A stretch of 64,000 nucleotides of DNA, taken from the NCBI GenBank assembly GCA_963662285.2, contig CAXXMV010000002.1, positions 416,001-480,000 on the forward strand, written 5' to 3'. A program made the position numbers and the translations under genes. The notes under the pieces are model-generated. The model was not told the DNA's origin and did no database searches. It saw nothing but the letters and a program-made list of their open reading frames with translations. This document shows, one piece after another, positions 44,864-54,101 of the stretch. This DNA is from a bacterium (GTDB lineage Bacteria > Hinthialibacterota > Hinthialibacteria > Hinthialibacterales > Hinthialibacteraceae). Each line of letters opens with the position of its first letter. The first letter of the stretch is position 1.

Positions 44864-46335
44864 ATCCCGTCGTCTTTATAGAACCGCCAGTAAAAGATAA
44901 ACGTCATATTCCAGAAAGATTCGCGGGATGCAGTTATATGCTTTATCCCCTGCCTGATCTGGCGAATTTCTACATGCTCTCTTATTTGCAGAAGCATGGT
45001 TTCACTGTGGAAATCGTCAATGGCGTATTGGATGATATGACGGAAGATGAATTTATTGATAAGGTCAAATCATTACAACCAAAAGCGTTGATTTTGCATT
45101 CCGTCATTTTGGCTAAGCCGCTTGATCTATCGTTTCTGCCTAAACTGCTTTCTGAAATTGATACGCCGGTCTTGATACATGGGCCGGAGCCATCCCGCGT
45201 CCCCATGGAATATCTGGATGGCGCCGATTCATTAGCCCATAATGAACGCTTGCTGGTTTTTACTGGTGAACCAGAGAAGAATATTCTGGCTTATCTTAAA
45301 GACGGAACAAAAAATGGGCTGCATGTATATGAAAAAGATGAAATTAAGTCATATCCACATAAGCACGATTATCTTTCCATAGAAGATTTGCCTTATGATT
45401 TTCATCAGCATCCTACTATAAAGCGACTCTCTTCCCATTTCTTGAACGCCAAATTTCCTCATCAGCCGGTGGCCGCCATGCTGGTTTCTCATGGTTGTCC
45501 TTTTCCATGCTCGTATTGCGTGCCCAATTCGGTTAGTTTCGCCCGTGAATTGGATATGCGTAAAAAAGGCAGTGATCCTAAACCCCGACCGATCTACGCC
45601 AGTCCGGAGCGGGTGATCGGCGAATTTAAGATGGTTAAAGAAGCCGGATACAGATCAGTTATGGTGATGGATGATCAGTTTCTGGCCGGTAAAAAACGAA
45701 CCTTGGAAATTTGCGGGGGCATCCAAGACCTGGGATTGCAATGGGGCATCTGTTCCCGGCCGGACTTTCTGGTCGACGAAGAGGTGGTTGCGGCATTATC
45801 CGGGGCGGGATGCATCAGCGTTGATATCGGGATAGAAACTTTGTCGCAAAAGATTTTGGATGCGATTCAGAAGCGGTTGGATTTGCAGACATTTTATACG
45901 GCGATACCGCTGCTTAAAAAATACCGGATCGAACCCAAAATCAACATCATGTTCGGTTCATCCTCTGTCGAAACCGAAGAAGACATTATGCACGCTATCC
46001 GCGAGATGGAACGCTTGAAAGTTCATAATGTTATGTTCTCAGTGGCAACGCCTTTTAAGGGAACGCCGTTTTATGAACTGGCGCAGCGCGAAGGTTTGTT
46101 GATCAATGATTCGGATGAGATTAATCCCTTTGGCAAGAGCATGATTTCCTATCCGCACATGTCAAACGAACGGCTTCAGGAATTATGCCGTTATGCTTAC
46201 CGCCGTTTTTATCTGCGGCCTTCGCAAGTCTGGCATCGAATAAAATCATACCGCTCCTGGTCTTCCATCAAAAATGATCTGCGGGTGGTCGCCAACCTGT
46301 TTCTGAGGGATCAGACGCGCCGTAGCGCTAAATAA
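44860..46335 (+). CDS. B12-binding-like radical SAM protein
   Basis: SHGCPFPCSYC, MDDQF, GIET, TPFKGTPFY, AYRRFYLRP; ATGA-type overlap with the upstream gene. Confidence 0.85.
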   Translation: MNPVVFIEPPVKDKRHIPERFAGCSYMLYPLPDLANFYMLSYLQKHGFTVEIVNGVLDDMTEDEFIDKVKSLQPKALILHSVILAKPLDLSFLPKLLSEIDTPVLIHGPEPSRVPMEYLDGADSLAHNERLLVFTGEPEKNILAYLKDGTKNGLHVYEKDEIKSYPHKHDYLSIEDLPYDFHQHPTIKRLSSHFLNAKFPHQPVAAMLVSHGCPFPCSYCVPNSVSFARELDMRKKGSDPKPRPIYASPERVIGEFKMVKEAGYRSVMVMDDQFLAGKKRTLEICGGIQDLGLQWGICSRPDFLVDEEVVAALSGAGCISVDIGIETLSQKILDAIQKRLDLQTFYTAIPLLKKYRIEPKINIMFGSSSVETEEDIMHAIREMERLKVHNVMFSVATPFKGTPFYELAQREGLLINDSDEINPFGKSMISYPHMSNERLQELCRYAYRRFYLRPSQVWHRIKSYRSWSSIKNDLRVVANLFLRDQTRRSAK

Positions 46336-46365
46336 TGATGCATAAAGTTATTGTGCAATAATCTT

Positions 46366-47355
46366 ATGAGAAACCATCTTGATAATGTAAAGAAATTCTT
46401 CCGTCTGCTGACCAAACGCAGGAGCGCTTATCCGGAAGAGATACAAATTGAGGTTACCAATGCCTGTAATTTGAATTGCGCCATGTGTCCGCATTCATTT
46501 GGTGAGATTTCTCAAGAAGATTTTCCTATCGGGTTGTTCGAAGAATTGGTGCAAAATAATCCCCCGCCCAAACATCTAGTATTGACTGGATGGGGAGAGC
46601 CTTTGATGCACCGCCGGTTTTTTGAGATGGTTGAACTGAGCCAAAAACACTGGCCAGCCGCCAAAATACGTTTTACCACTAACGGTATACTGCTTAATCA
46701 AGAAAATCAACGAAAAATCGTTGAACATAACCTGGCGGGAATTACCGTCTCGGTTGATCTATGGCCTGAACGCCAATCATTGTCGGATGAGTGGCGTGAT
46801 ATTCTTCATCCCCCTTCGCCCAAGGCGTTGCGTAATTTAATTGACTATTGTTCAAATGAAATGCTCGTGGAAACGACGCCGCTAACCCTCCAATCTCTGT
46901 TGGTGCATGAGAACTATGATGATGTGAAAGAGTGGATAGAATTCGCCGCCCAACATGCCGTCGCCTCAATCAATCTGGTTCGGATGCAACAGTACCCAAA
47001 TCAAGCCTTAAAACGGCCTGAGTGGAAAGATGAACAACAGATGATCACTGATTTGATCTGCCTTGGGAAAGAGCGTGGAGTGAAAGTACGCAGCGTGAAT
47101 CAGCAGAATATGCTGCTGAGGCTTGCCACAAACTTTGACCGAACCTGCCTGCGCACCGATGACGGCGTCTATATTACTATCAATGGCGCTATAACCCCAT
47201 GCTGCAACCTGCGCGATTACTCTATCGGCGACCTGGGCGATTCTGAAAATGCTATAACCACTGCATGGAATTCTCTTAAAGAACAAAGGTTCTTTTGCGA
47301 ACAAACATCAATCTGCGGCAAATGCGACGCCCTGTTTCATGGGTATCGTGAGTAG
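46366..47355 (+). CDS. Radical SAM protein with SPASM/twitch domain
   Basis: IEVTNACNLNCAMC, GWGEPLMH, TTNG; C-terminal C...ITPCC...CGKC. Confidence 0.88.
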   Translation: MRNHLDNVKKFFRLLTKRRSAYPEEIQIEVTNACNLNCAMCPHSFGEISQEDFPIGLFEELVQNNPPPKHLVLTGWGEPLMHRRFFEMVELSQKHWPAAKIRFTTNGILLNQENQRKIVEHNLAGITVSVDLWPERQSLSDEWRDILHPPSPKALRNLIDYCSNEMLVETTPLTLQSLLVHENYDDVKEWIEFAAQHAVASINLVRMQQYPNQALKRPEWKDEQQMITDLICLGKERGVKVRSVNQQNMLLRLATNFDRTCLRTDDGVYITINGAITPCCNLRDYSIGDLGDSENAITTAWNSLKEQRFFCEQTSICGKCDALFHGYRE

Positions 47356-47362
47356 AATCAGA

Positions 47363-47434
47363 CCTCCTGATCTGGTGGTTATGGATATCAAAATGACCTG
47401 GATGAACGGACTTGAACTGATGGACAAAATTCGA
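47363..47434 (+). pseudogene. Remnant of a response-regulator receiver domain
   Basis: Reads PPDLVVMDIKMTWMNGLELMDKIR, the phospho-Asp region of REC domains, with no N- or C-terminal remainder. Confidence 0.7.
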
Positions 47435-47469
47435 AGCGGCGAACATATTTTTGACAATCGCTCTAAAAT

Positions 47470-47498
47470 AAAAAGAGCGCCGAAAGGCGCTCTTTTTT
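47470..47498. terminator. Bidirectional intrinsic terminator
   Basis: AAAAAGAGCGCC-GAAA-GGCGCTCTTTTTT. Confidence 0.92.
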
Positions 47499-47525
47499 GT
47501 AGTGCTCTGTGAAGAAATAGTTGTC

Positions 47526-47555
47526 TTAATATAAACTCCAGTTTTGAACGCTGGT
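47526..47555 (-). other. C-terminal motif copy 4 (TSVQNWSLY*)
   Basis: Matches the shared motif. Confidence 0.75.
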
Positions 47556-50012
47556 TGAATAATTATTGAGTATTAACAGTGAAGAACCAAATTCATCGTT
47601 CTCGTAATAGAGAGCTGTTTTCTTCCACTCATATTCATCATTTTCATCCTTTAATACCGAACGGAAATCATAAAAATAATTGGAGGCATCTTCGTTTTCA
47701 TCGAAAGCAAGTTGTCCGCTGGCGCCTTTGATATTTCCGCGCAGGTTTTCGAAGAAGCGGTATTCGAAATACTGCCATTCGTCTGCAATGGGATTTTCAA
47801 TACCTACTGATTGATATAGGCAAGCGGCAATCCATAGCGCGTCGTATGAATTGGTATGGGCGGAGGTTAGTTCTGGTATTGTTTCGCCATTCAGCGCCGC
47901 CATGTCATGCAGCAGGATTTGAGATTGAACAGAGAAAATCATGTTGCCTGCGGGAATGTTGGAACAGGTCAGTTGGATGTTAGAAGCAATTTCGGCCAGC
48001 TGAGGATCATTAATGACTGTCTGATTGTTTACGAAACCTTCCGTACCGAGCCATCTTACCTTACGCAAGAGGCTATCTGCGGGGATTTGTCCGATACAGT
48101 CGGCCAATTCTCCGAATCCGAAAGTTAAAATAGCGGTGTCTTCCAACTTACCAAGATTCAGTGATTGCTCCATTGCTTGCAGTTGGCTTGAAAAATCATT
48201 GCTATCAATTGGATACGGTTCTATGGCCAGCAGGTCTCCATTGAATGATTGGGCGATGAGGGAAGAGAAATCCTGTCCGTAAGTATCATCACGGTGCAGT
48301 ACGATAAGAGTATCAATATTCTTTTTTTCCAGGTAGGCGAATATCGCTTCGGAATGGGAAAAATCATTAGGCGACAAGCGTAGGATATGGTCCTCTTTTG
48401 CCAGAGATGTTGTTGTGCTGGATGGGCTGATGAGGATGAGATTATTCTCAGCGACAAAATCTTCCATGATGGATATGCAAGAACTGGCGAATGGGCCGAT
48501 GATGATCTCTACGCCTTCGCTTTGAAGATTCTTAACTTCCTGCAAAGCCACATCAGGATCGGCTTGGGTATCTTTGATAACCAGTTCAAATTCAAGGTTA
48601 TACCCTTTCTCGTTGAAGAGGTGATTAATATTCTTTAAGGATGCTTGCAAAGATTTCTCGGCGCTTGAACCAATAAAAGAAATAGAACCAGTCAGTGGAA
48701 TAAGGGCGCCGATTTTAACGGTTGTCTTTTCTTCTGGAATAAAGAGAAGGGGGTTGTAGCCATAGGGGCGGTAACCATCATGGGCGTAATCACGACTAGA
48801 CATGTCAATATCGCCATTATCATAGGTAGTGTAAGAATAGGTATCCCATAGGTTGGCGTCATTCCATTTGTCGGCTCGCATGAAAGCATAGGTGAAATTG
48901 TCTTTGTCGCCATTTTCATCAAACCTGGCTTGACCAAGAAGACCGTAAAAATGAGTTGCATTATGAATTAATGACATGCGTAGAGTTTCAAAGTCAACCT
49001 CGTTTATTCCTGTGTCATATAAACGTGAAGCCAGCCAAAGCGCATCATAAGCCAGCAATGAATAATAGGATGGTTGCGCTCCAAGATTATCTGCTATCTG
49101 TTGATAGATGCTTTCCAGGTAGAGATCCTTAAAAATGTTTCTGGTATCGAGGCTGTTTCCTGTTAGAGCGGTTCTAAATGCGAAATCCGCTACAGTTTCA
49201 TCCTGTAGAAGCGACTGGCTGCCGATCACCGCTTCGTTGGCAACCCATTTAAGGTAACGCAATGAACTGAATTCAGGGATTTGTTTAATCAGGTTTGCGA
49301 GATGATCTTCGTTGCCGATGAAAAAGACGCATGTATTTGGATAGGCGTAATCATTTATGGCAATGGCTTCTTCGGCTTTTTGTATAATATCGCTGAAATC
49401 GGTTGTTTCGGATGTATATGTAAATGGTTCAGGATGATCGTAAATGCCTAAAAACGAATTCAGCAGTTTAGTAAGCTCATACAAAGATTTTCCATAATTA
49501 TCGTCTATATATATCGGGATAACATTATCGATATCGTAATTATACATAAAGAACGTAAGCATTAATGATTGAATCTCATCGTTGGGAGCAAGCCGGTATA
49601 AGTTATCTTCCAGGCTGAGAGACATGGAGGAACTTGAGGGGCTTATCAGGAGAATATCGTTCTCGTTAGCGTAATCAACAATGGCTTCCGCTTCGTCGCT
49701 GGTCATGGGGCCAACGACTACGCGGATGCCCTGCGCATGAAGGTTTTTGAGTTCTTCCAATGCTTGAGCAGGAGAACTCTGGCTGTCCTTGATAACCACG
49801 TTCATTTTATAATCATGTTGGGTTAAAAATGTTGCGATATGTTCCTGCGCCAATTCGAGCGCCGCATTAGCGCCGATTCCTGTGGTTTTCCAACCACCAG
49901 TTAAGGGTAAGATGGCGCCGACGGAGAATTCCTTAGTTTGGGATATAGCTTGCGGCGCTAAAAAGCAAAGCGCCAAGGAGATGATGAGGCATTGGTAAAA
50001 ATGTTTTTTCAT
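47526..50012 (-). CDS. Secreted protein with two tandem type-1 periplasmic-binding (LivJ-like) domains
   Basis: Signal peptide; VGAILPLTG/IGALIPLTG, GPMTS/GPFAS, ISPSS, RLAPND/RLSPND, YDALW x2, FDENGD/FDENED; ends TSVQNWSLY. Confidence 0.85.
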   Translation of the reverse strand: MKKHFYQCLIISLALCFLAPQAISQTKEFSVGAILPLTGGWKTTGIGANAALELAQEHIATFLTQHDYKMNVVIKDSQSSPAQALEELKNLHAQGIRVVVGPMTSDEAEAIVDYANENDILLISPSSSSMSLSLEDNLYRLAPNDEIQSLMLTFFMYNYDIDNVIPIYIDDNYGKSLYELTKLLNSFLGIYDHPEPFTYTSETTDFSDIIQKAEEAIAINDYAYPNTCVFFIGNEDHLANLIKQIPEFSSLRYLKWVANEAVIGSQSLLQDETVADFAFRTALTGNSLDTRNIFKDLYLESIYQQIADNLGAQPSYYSLLAYDALWLASRLYDTGINEVDFETLRMSLIHNATHFYGLLGQARFDENGDKDNFTYAFMRADKWNDANLWDTYSYTTYDNGDIDMSSRDYAHDGYRPYGYNPLLFIPEEKTTVKIGALIPLTGSISFIGSSAEKSLQASLKNINHLFNEKGYNLEFELVIKDTQADPDVALQEVKNLQSEGVEIIIGPFASSCISIMEDFVAENNLILISPSSTTTSLAKEDHILRLSPNDFSHSEAIFAYLEKKNIDTLIVLHRDDTYGQDFSSLIAQSFNGDLLAIEPYPIDSNDFSSQLQAMEQSLNLGKLEDTAILTFGFGELADCIGQIPADSLLRKVRWLGTEGFVNNQTVINDPQLAEIASNIQLTCSNIPAGNMIFSVQSQILLHDMAALNGETIPELTSAHTNSYDALWIAACLYQSVGIENPIADEWQYFEYRFFENLRGNIKGASGQLAFDENEDASNYFYDFRSVLKDENDEYEWKKTALYYENDEFGSSLLILNNYSTSVQNWSLY

Positions 50013-50179
50013 GGTTTTAATGATCCCTTCTTTAATCTAATGATTATCTGAGTAAAAAAGAACTCAAGAATACAATCTTTATATTGGTATGAATCATGGC
50101 TTTTTTGTGCGTAATTGTAAATGTCTGTATAATTACGCATAACGATATTAAGGTAATTTTTTGTTTATAATCGCTCTAT

Positions 50180-51415
50180 TTATGGATTCCGCGCTAATCT
50201 AAATCCATAGGAGCGGCTTTTTTCTCCGCCCATGCGGGGGAATCGGTGAGTGGTGCGGGCGTAATATTGGTTGAAATTCCAGGAGCCGCCGCGCAGGATT
50301 CTCTTATGTTTGTCAGATTCCTTGAATCTGGTTCTTGATCCGGGATAGGGATGAAAGAAGTCATTGACCCATTCGAAGACGTTCCCGGCCATATCTTCTA
50401 CTCCAAAACGGCTTGCGCCAAGGGGGTAACTGCCGACTGGCGCCGTACCGCGTCTTCCCGCTTGCCATATATTTGCGCGATTTGGATCGAACTCATCTCC
50501 CCAGGGATAAAGAGCGGGTTGGGCGCCATGCGCTGCGCGTTCCCATTCTGCTTCGGAGGGTAGGCGACCGCCTTTCCATAGGCAATATGCTTCAGCGTCT
50601 TCAAAAGAGACCCAGGTAACAGGATGCTTCTCAAGACCGGGTGGGATTTGGTTCCCTTCCCAGTGTTGCGGCGCTGCATAACCCGATTCGGTGACGAAAT
50701 CCCGGTATTCCTGATTAGTTACTTCGTATTTTCCGATATAAAACGCTTCAAGGTTAATTTTATAGGGTGGTTTTTCGCATGGATCTCCAGATTTTGAGCC
50801 GACTATGACCATGCCCTCCGGGATATATATCATCCCGGGGTATTTTTGTGTAACGGATTTGAGGATTTCCTTCTGTTGGTTTGGCATAACCGCATTTGGC
50901 TCTTCGCCTTCTGGAGGAATCAATTTTTTAAGTTCAATATCGAACGAAGCGCTGATCAAGCGTCTTCCCCAGGATCCCATTAGTTGGGATGCGCTGAGTC
51001 CGGTTGATGAACGGGTCATGGTTTTCAAAATGCTTCCTTCTTTGACGTCAATGCGGCGCAGGGTGATTTCGAGCGATGATCCTCTTCGCTTAATATGCCC
51101 GGCCAACAGTTCGTCGGCGCCCACTTTTTTCCCCATTTCTGTAAAACAGGGAAGGTCGAAACATAGAGATGTAAATGATTTTGCTTTCATTATGGAGCTG
51201 AAGGATGAACGGCTTAGAATGCGGTATAAACCAGTTTTCTCGATCTCATTACTGATGAAATCGCTGAAGGCCCGCGCTTCGGCTTGAGAAGATTGCTCGC
51301 CGATGGTTCGTAATTCGGTAATAACTAATAATGGAGGGATACCCGTATCTTCTGCGAAACACGGGATAATTATCAGATGGCAAAGAATATATAAATATAT
51401 AAATAATCTAGGCAT
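50180..51415 (-). CDS. Secreted FGE-sulfatase (SUMF1)-domain protein with a CsgG/TolB-N-like N-terminal domain
   Basis: FYIGKYEVTN, HPVTWVS, RLPSEAEWE, DMAGNVFEW, RGGSW, GFRL; lacks the FGE catalytic Cys pair. Confidence 0.85.
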   Translation of the reverse strand: MPRLFIYLYILCHLIIIPCFAEDTGIPPLLVITELRTIGEQSSQAEARAFSDFISNEIEKTGLYRILSRSSFSSIMKAKSFTSLCFDLPCFTEMGKKVGADELLAGHIKRRGSSLEITLRRIDVKEGSILKTMTRSSTGLSASQLMGSWGRRLISASFDIELKKLIPPEGEEPNAVMPNQQKEILKSVTQKYPGMIYIPEGMVIVGSKSGDPCEKPPYKINLEAFYIGKYEVTNQEYRDFVTESGYAAPQHWEGNQIPPGLEKHPVTWVSFEDAEAYCLWKGGRLPSEAEWERAAHGAQPALYPWGDEFDPNRANIWQAGRRGTAPVGSYPLGASRFGVEDMAGNVFEWVNDFFHPYPGSRTRFKESDKHKRILRGGSWNFNQYYARTTHRFPRMGGEKSRSYGFRLARNP

Positions 51416-51510
51416 GAATAAACCCGGTGTTACTGATAATCTGGAGAGATTCGGATAATACCGGTATTTCCAACCAGCCTGATTTTTAGCGCCGAGCTAA
51501 CAATACCGTC

Positions 51511-52278
51511 TCAAAAATATCTTTTTTGTTGTTCAATAATTAGTTTTTCCAGTTGAGAACGTGAGCGTCCATGGTTTGGATCAATCTCTAAGGCTCTTTC
51601 ATATTCAAGCCGCGCCAAGTCGAACTTGCGGTCTGTTTCATGGATTCGACCGAGGACGTAATAAATCTCAGCGCTGTTGGGATTAAGTTCTTCGGCTTTG
51701 GCCAACTCCAGAATGGCTTCTTCATCGGCGCAATGGTCATAGAACAGAAAAGCGATTTGAGAATGCGTGTCGCTCATCTTAAGAATAATCTGTCGAGTCA
51801 GGCGATCTTCCGGTTCCATATCAAGTACGGATTGATATGATTCCAAGGCTTGTTTGTATTCTTTTTTTGATAATAAGGTTTCTGCTTTATTTATTCCGGA
51901 ATCCCATTTCTGCTTTGTTTTTCGATATTGGATATCTTGTATTTTTTGGCGTGATTTTTCATGATTAGGATCAAGTGTTAGCGCTTCAATGTAATTTATA
52001 ATAGATTTTTCTTCCTCGCCTTGAGCTTCATAGAAACGTCCCCGGCGGTAATAAAAATCTGGTTCCGGCTCTTTGGTGAGTGATTTGATTTGATTTTTTT
52101 TGATAACCACAAATTCACCAGCAACGGTTTCTAAAACCAGTACTTGTTCAGAATTTTCCAGGACGCGGCCTTCAAAAGCGCCTTTAGACATGGTGATAGT
52201 GTCGCTATGGGCGTTGTTTAGTAAGAAAAAGGATATGAACAGAATCCCGATAAATGTCAATTTCGATTTTGGAGTCAT
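51511..52278 (-). CDS. Secreted TPR-repeat protein
   Basis: Signal peptide AHS-D; TPR motifs AL.LDPNH, AEIYYVLG, YERALEIDPNH. Confidence 0.8.
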   Translation of the reverse strand: MTPKSKLTFIGILFISFFLLNNAHSDTITMSKGAFEGRVLENSEQVLVLETVAGEFVVIKKNQIKSLTKEPEPDFYYRRGRFYEAQGEEEKSIINYIEALTLDPNHEKSRQKIQDIQYRKTKQKWDSGINKAETLLSKKEYKQALESYQSVLDMEPEDRLTRQIILKMSDTHSQIAFLFYDHCADEEAILELAKAEELNPNSAEIYYVLGRIHETDRKFDLARLEYERALEIDPNHGRSRSQLEKLIIEQQKRYF

Positions 52279-52624
52279 TTTTTCTGTACCTCTCTCCACA
52301 TTTCCGTGGAATTAAGTATCGCTGGTTTAATAGTCCAATATATATTATAAAGGATACTAGTTCTTTAAGTCAAATTCATTTTCAAGTATGTTTGTGTAGA
52401 TGTTAAATTAATTGGATTATTGGAAAATATAGAATGCCCATATCCGGATAATTATTCTAAAATAAATCCTACCAGAGGATGCATAAAAAAGTCATTAAAA
52501 ACCATGTATAAAAATAGTAACGTAAATCGAATGTATTTGACCACTCTAGTATCTCTTTTTCTATAATCATGTATTTGAAAGTGAATCAGGGGAATAATTC
52601 ATAAAGAACGGGAGTATTTAAGTC

Positions 52625-53959
52625 ATGAAATGTAAAGATGTTACGCGTCGAGTTTTCTTGATGGGCAGTGCAGCGGCGATGAGCGGCTGCGCAACCAGCA
52701 GCATTCCCTCGCTAGTCAGGATGGGTTACAGGTCGCCAAACGAAAAACTTAATTTGGCGGGGATTGGCGTTGGCGGCCAAGGCGGCAGTGATGTTGGAAA
52801 TTGCGCGAGCGAGAACTTTATCGCGCTGTGCGACGTTGATTGGAACCGCGCCGGGCGGACATTTGACCGTCATCCTAAAGCTAGGCAATACAAGGACTTT
52901 CGCGTTATGCTGGATAAAGAAAAGAGTATTGACGCCGTGACTATTTCTACACCAGACCATATTCACGCTCCAGCGGCTATGGCGGCCATGGCGCATGGCA
53001 AGCATGTTTATGTGCAAAAACCGATGGCTCACTCGGTCTATGAAACGCGGATCATGACGGAAGCCGCTCAAAAATATAAAGTTGTAACTCAAATGGGCAT
53101 CCAGGGACACTCAGACGAGGGCGTCCGTCAATTATGCGAAATGATATGGGCGGGAGTGATTGGCCCGGTGCGCGAAGTTCATTCGTGGACAGACCGCCCC
53201 GGTACGGTATGGCCTCAGGGTATCGCTCAACCTCTTAAAGCGGAAACGCCGCCGGATTATCTGGACTGGGATCTGTGGCTAGGGCCGGCGCCGGAACGCG
53301 CTTATAACCCCGGTTATGCGCCACGCAGCTGGCGGGGCTGGTGGGATTTCGGCAGCGGCGCTTTGGGCGATATGGGGTGCCATCTGCTTGATCCGGCTAA
53401 CTGGGCGTTGCAACTTGGACCGCCGACCAGCGTGGAATGCGTTCAGCAAGAGGGTAAGAATGATCAGACCGGGCCGAGTAATGCCATTATTCATTATGAA
53501 TTCCCAGAACGCAACGGATTGCCTCCAGTGACTGTGACCTGGTATGAAGGCAGCATCGAACCTCCGCGTCCTAAAGGCGTTGAGAAAAATGTGTTCGAGT
53601 GGGGCGGAACCAATGGTTCTTATTTTGTGGGCGACAAAGGTTGCATCGTTTGCGGCCCCAATGGACAGACCCCCCATCTGGTTCCAGAAGAGCGCATGAA
53701 GGATTTCACCTATCCTGAGCCGGTAATTCCACGCGCCAGCGAACATCACAAAGACTGGATTCAAGCCTGCAAAGGCGGAACTCCGGCGGGCGCCAATTTT
53801 AATTATTCCGGGCCATTTACCGAAACCGTTCTGTTGGCGATTCCCGCCTTCCGCTGTGAAGGAAAACTGTTGTGGGATGCGGATAAGATGAGATTTACTA
53901 ATAACCAACAGGCCAATCAATTTTTGCGGCGGAAGTATCGTAAGGGGTGGAGTTTGTAG
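52625..53959 (+). CDS. Tat-exported Gfo/Idh/MocA oxidoreductase
   Basis: TRRVFL; GIGVGGQG, STPDHIH, HVYVQKP, WDLWLGPAP, GALGDMGCH. Confidence 0.92.
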   Translation: MKCKDVTRRVFLMGSAAAMSGCATSSIPSLVRMGYRSPNEKLNLAGIGVGGQGGSDVGNCASENFIALCDVDWNRAGRTFDRHPKARQYKDFRVMLDKEKSIDAVTISTPDHIHAPAAMAAMAHGKHVYVQKPMAHSVYETRIMTEAAQKYKVVTQMGIQGHSDEGVRQLCEMIWAGVIGPVREVHSWTDRPGTVWPQGIAQPLKAETPPDYLDWDLWLGPAPERAYNPGYAPRSWRGWWDFGSGALGDMGCHLLDPANWALQLGPPTSVECVQQEGKNDQTGPSNAIIHYEFPERNGLPPVTVTWYEGSIEPPRPKGVEKNVFEWGGTNGSYFVGDKGCIVCGPNGQTPHLVPEERMKDFTYPEPVIPRASEHHKDWIQACKGGTPAGANFNYSGPFTETVLLAIPAFRCEGKLLWDADKMRFTNNQQANQFLRRKYRKGWSL

Positions 53960-53994
53960 GGGAGTGGATAGTTGGCATGGGTGATTGTAAATTT

Positions 53995-54031
53995 CCCCCT
54001 CACCCTAGCCCTCTCCCGGTGGGAGAGGGGA
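53995..54031 (+). repeat. BoxC/REP-like palindromic element
   Basis: CCCCCTCACCCTAG-CCCTCTCCC-GGT-GGGAGAGGG-GA; 9-bp purine/pyrimidine stem. Confidence 0.65.
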
Positions 54032-54101
54032 CTTGGTTTCCCAGTATTCATAAGTGGTAATCATAACAGCACGATTTGACGCCTAAAGGGAAGGATTTTT
54101 G

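Noticed and set aside
50180-50850. FGE domain as a formylglycine-generating enzyme
   Set aside because: It lacks the catalytic Cys pair after RGGSW; non-catalytic FGE-fold domains are common.
53930-53959. Oxidoreductase ends RKYRKGWSL with a near-terminal Trp
   Set aside because: Trp is at -3 in a basic context; this is a usual ending for this oxidoreductase family, not the tag.
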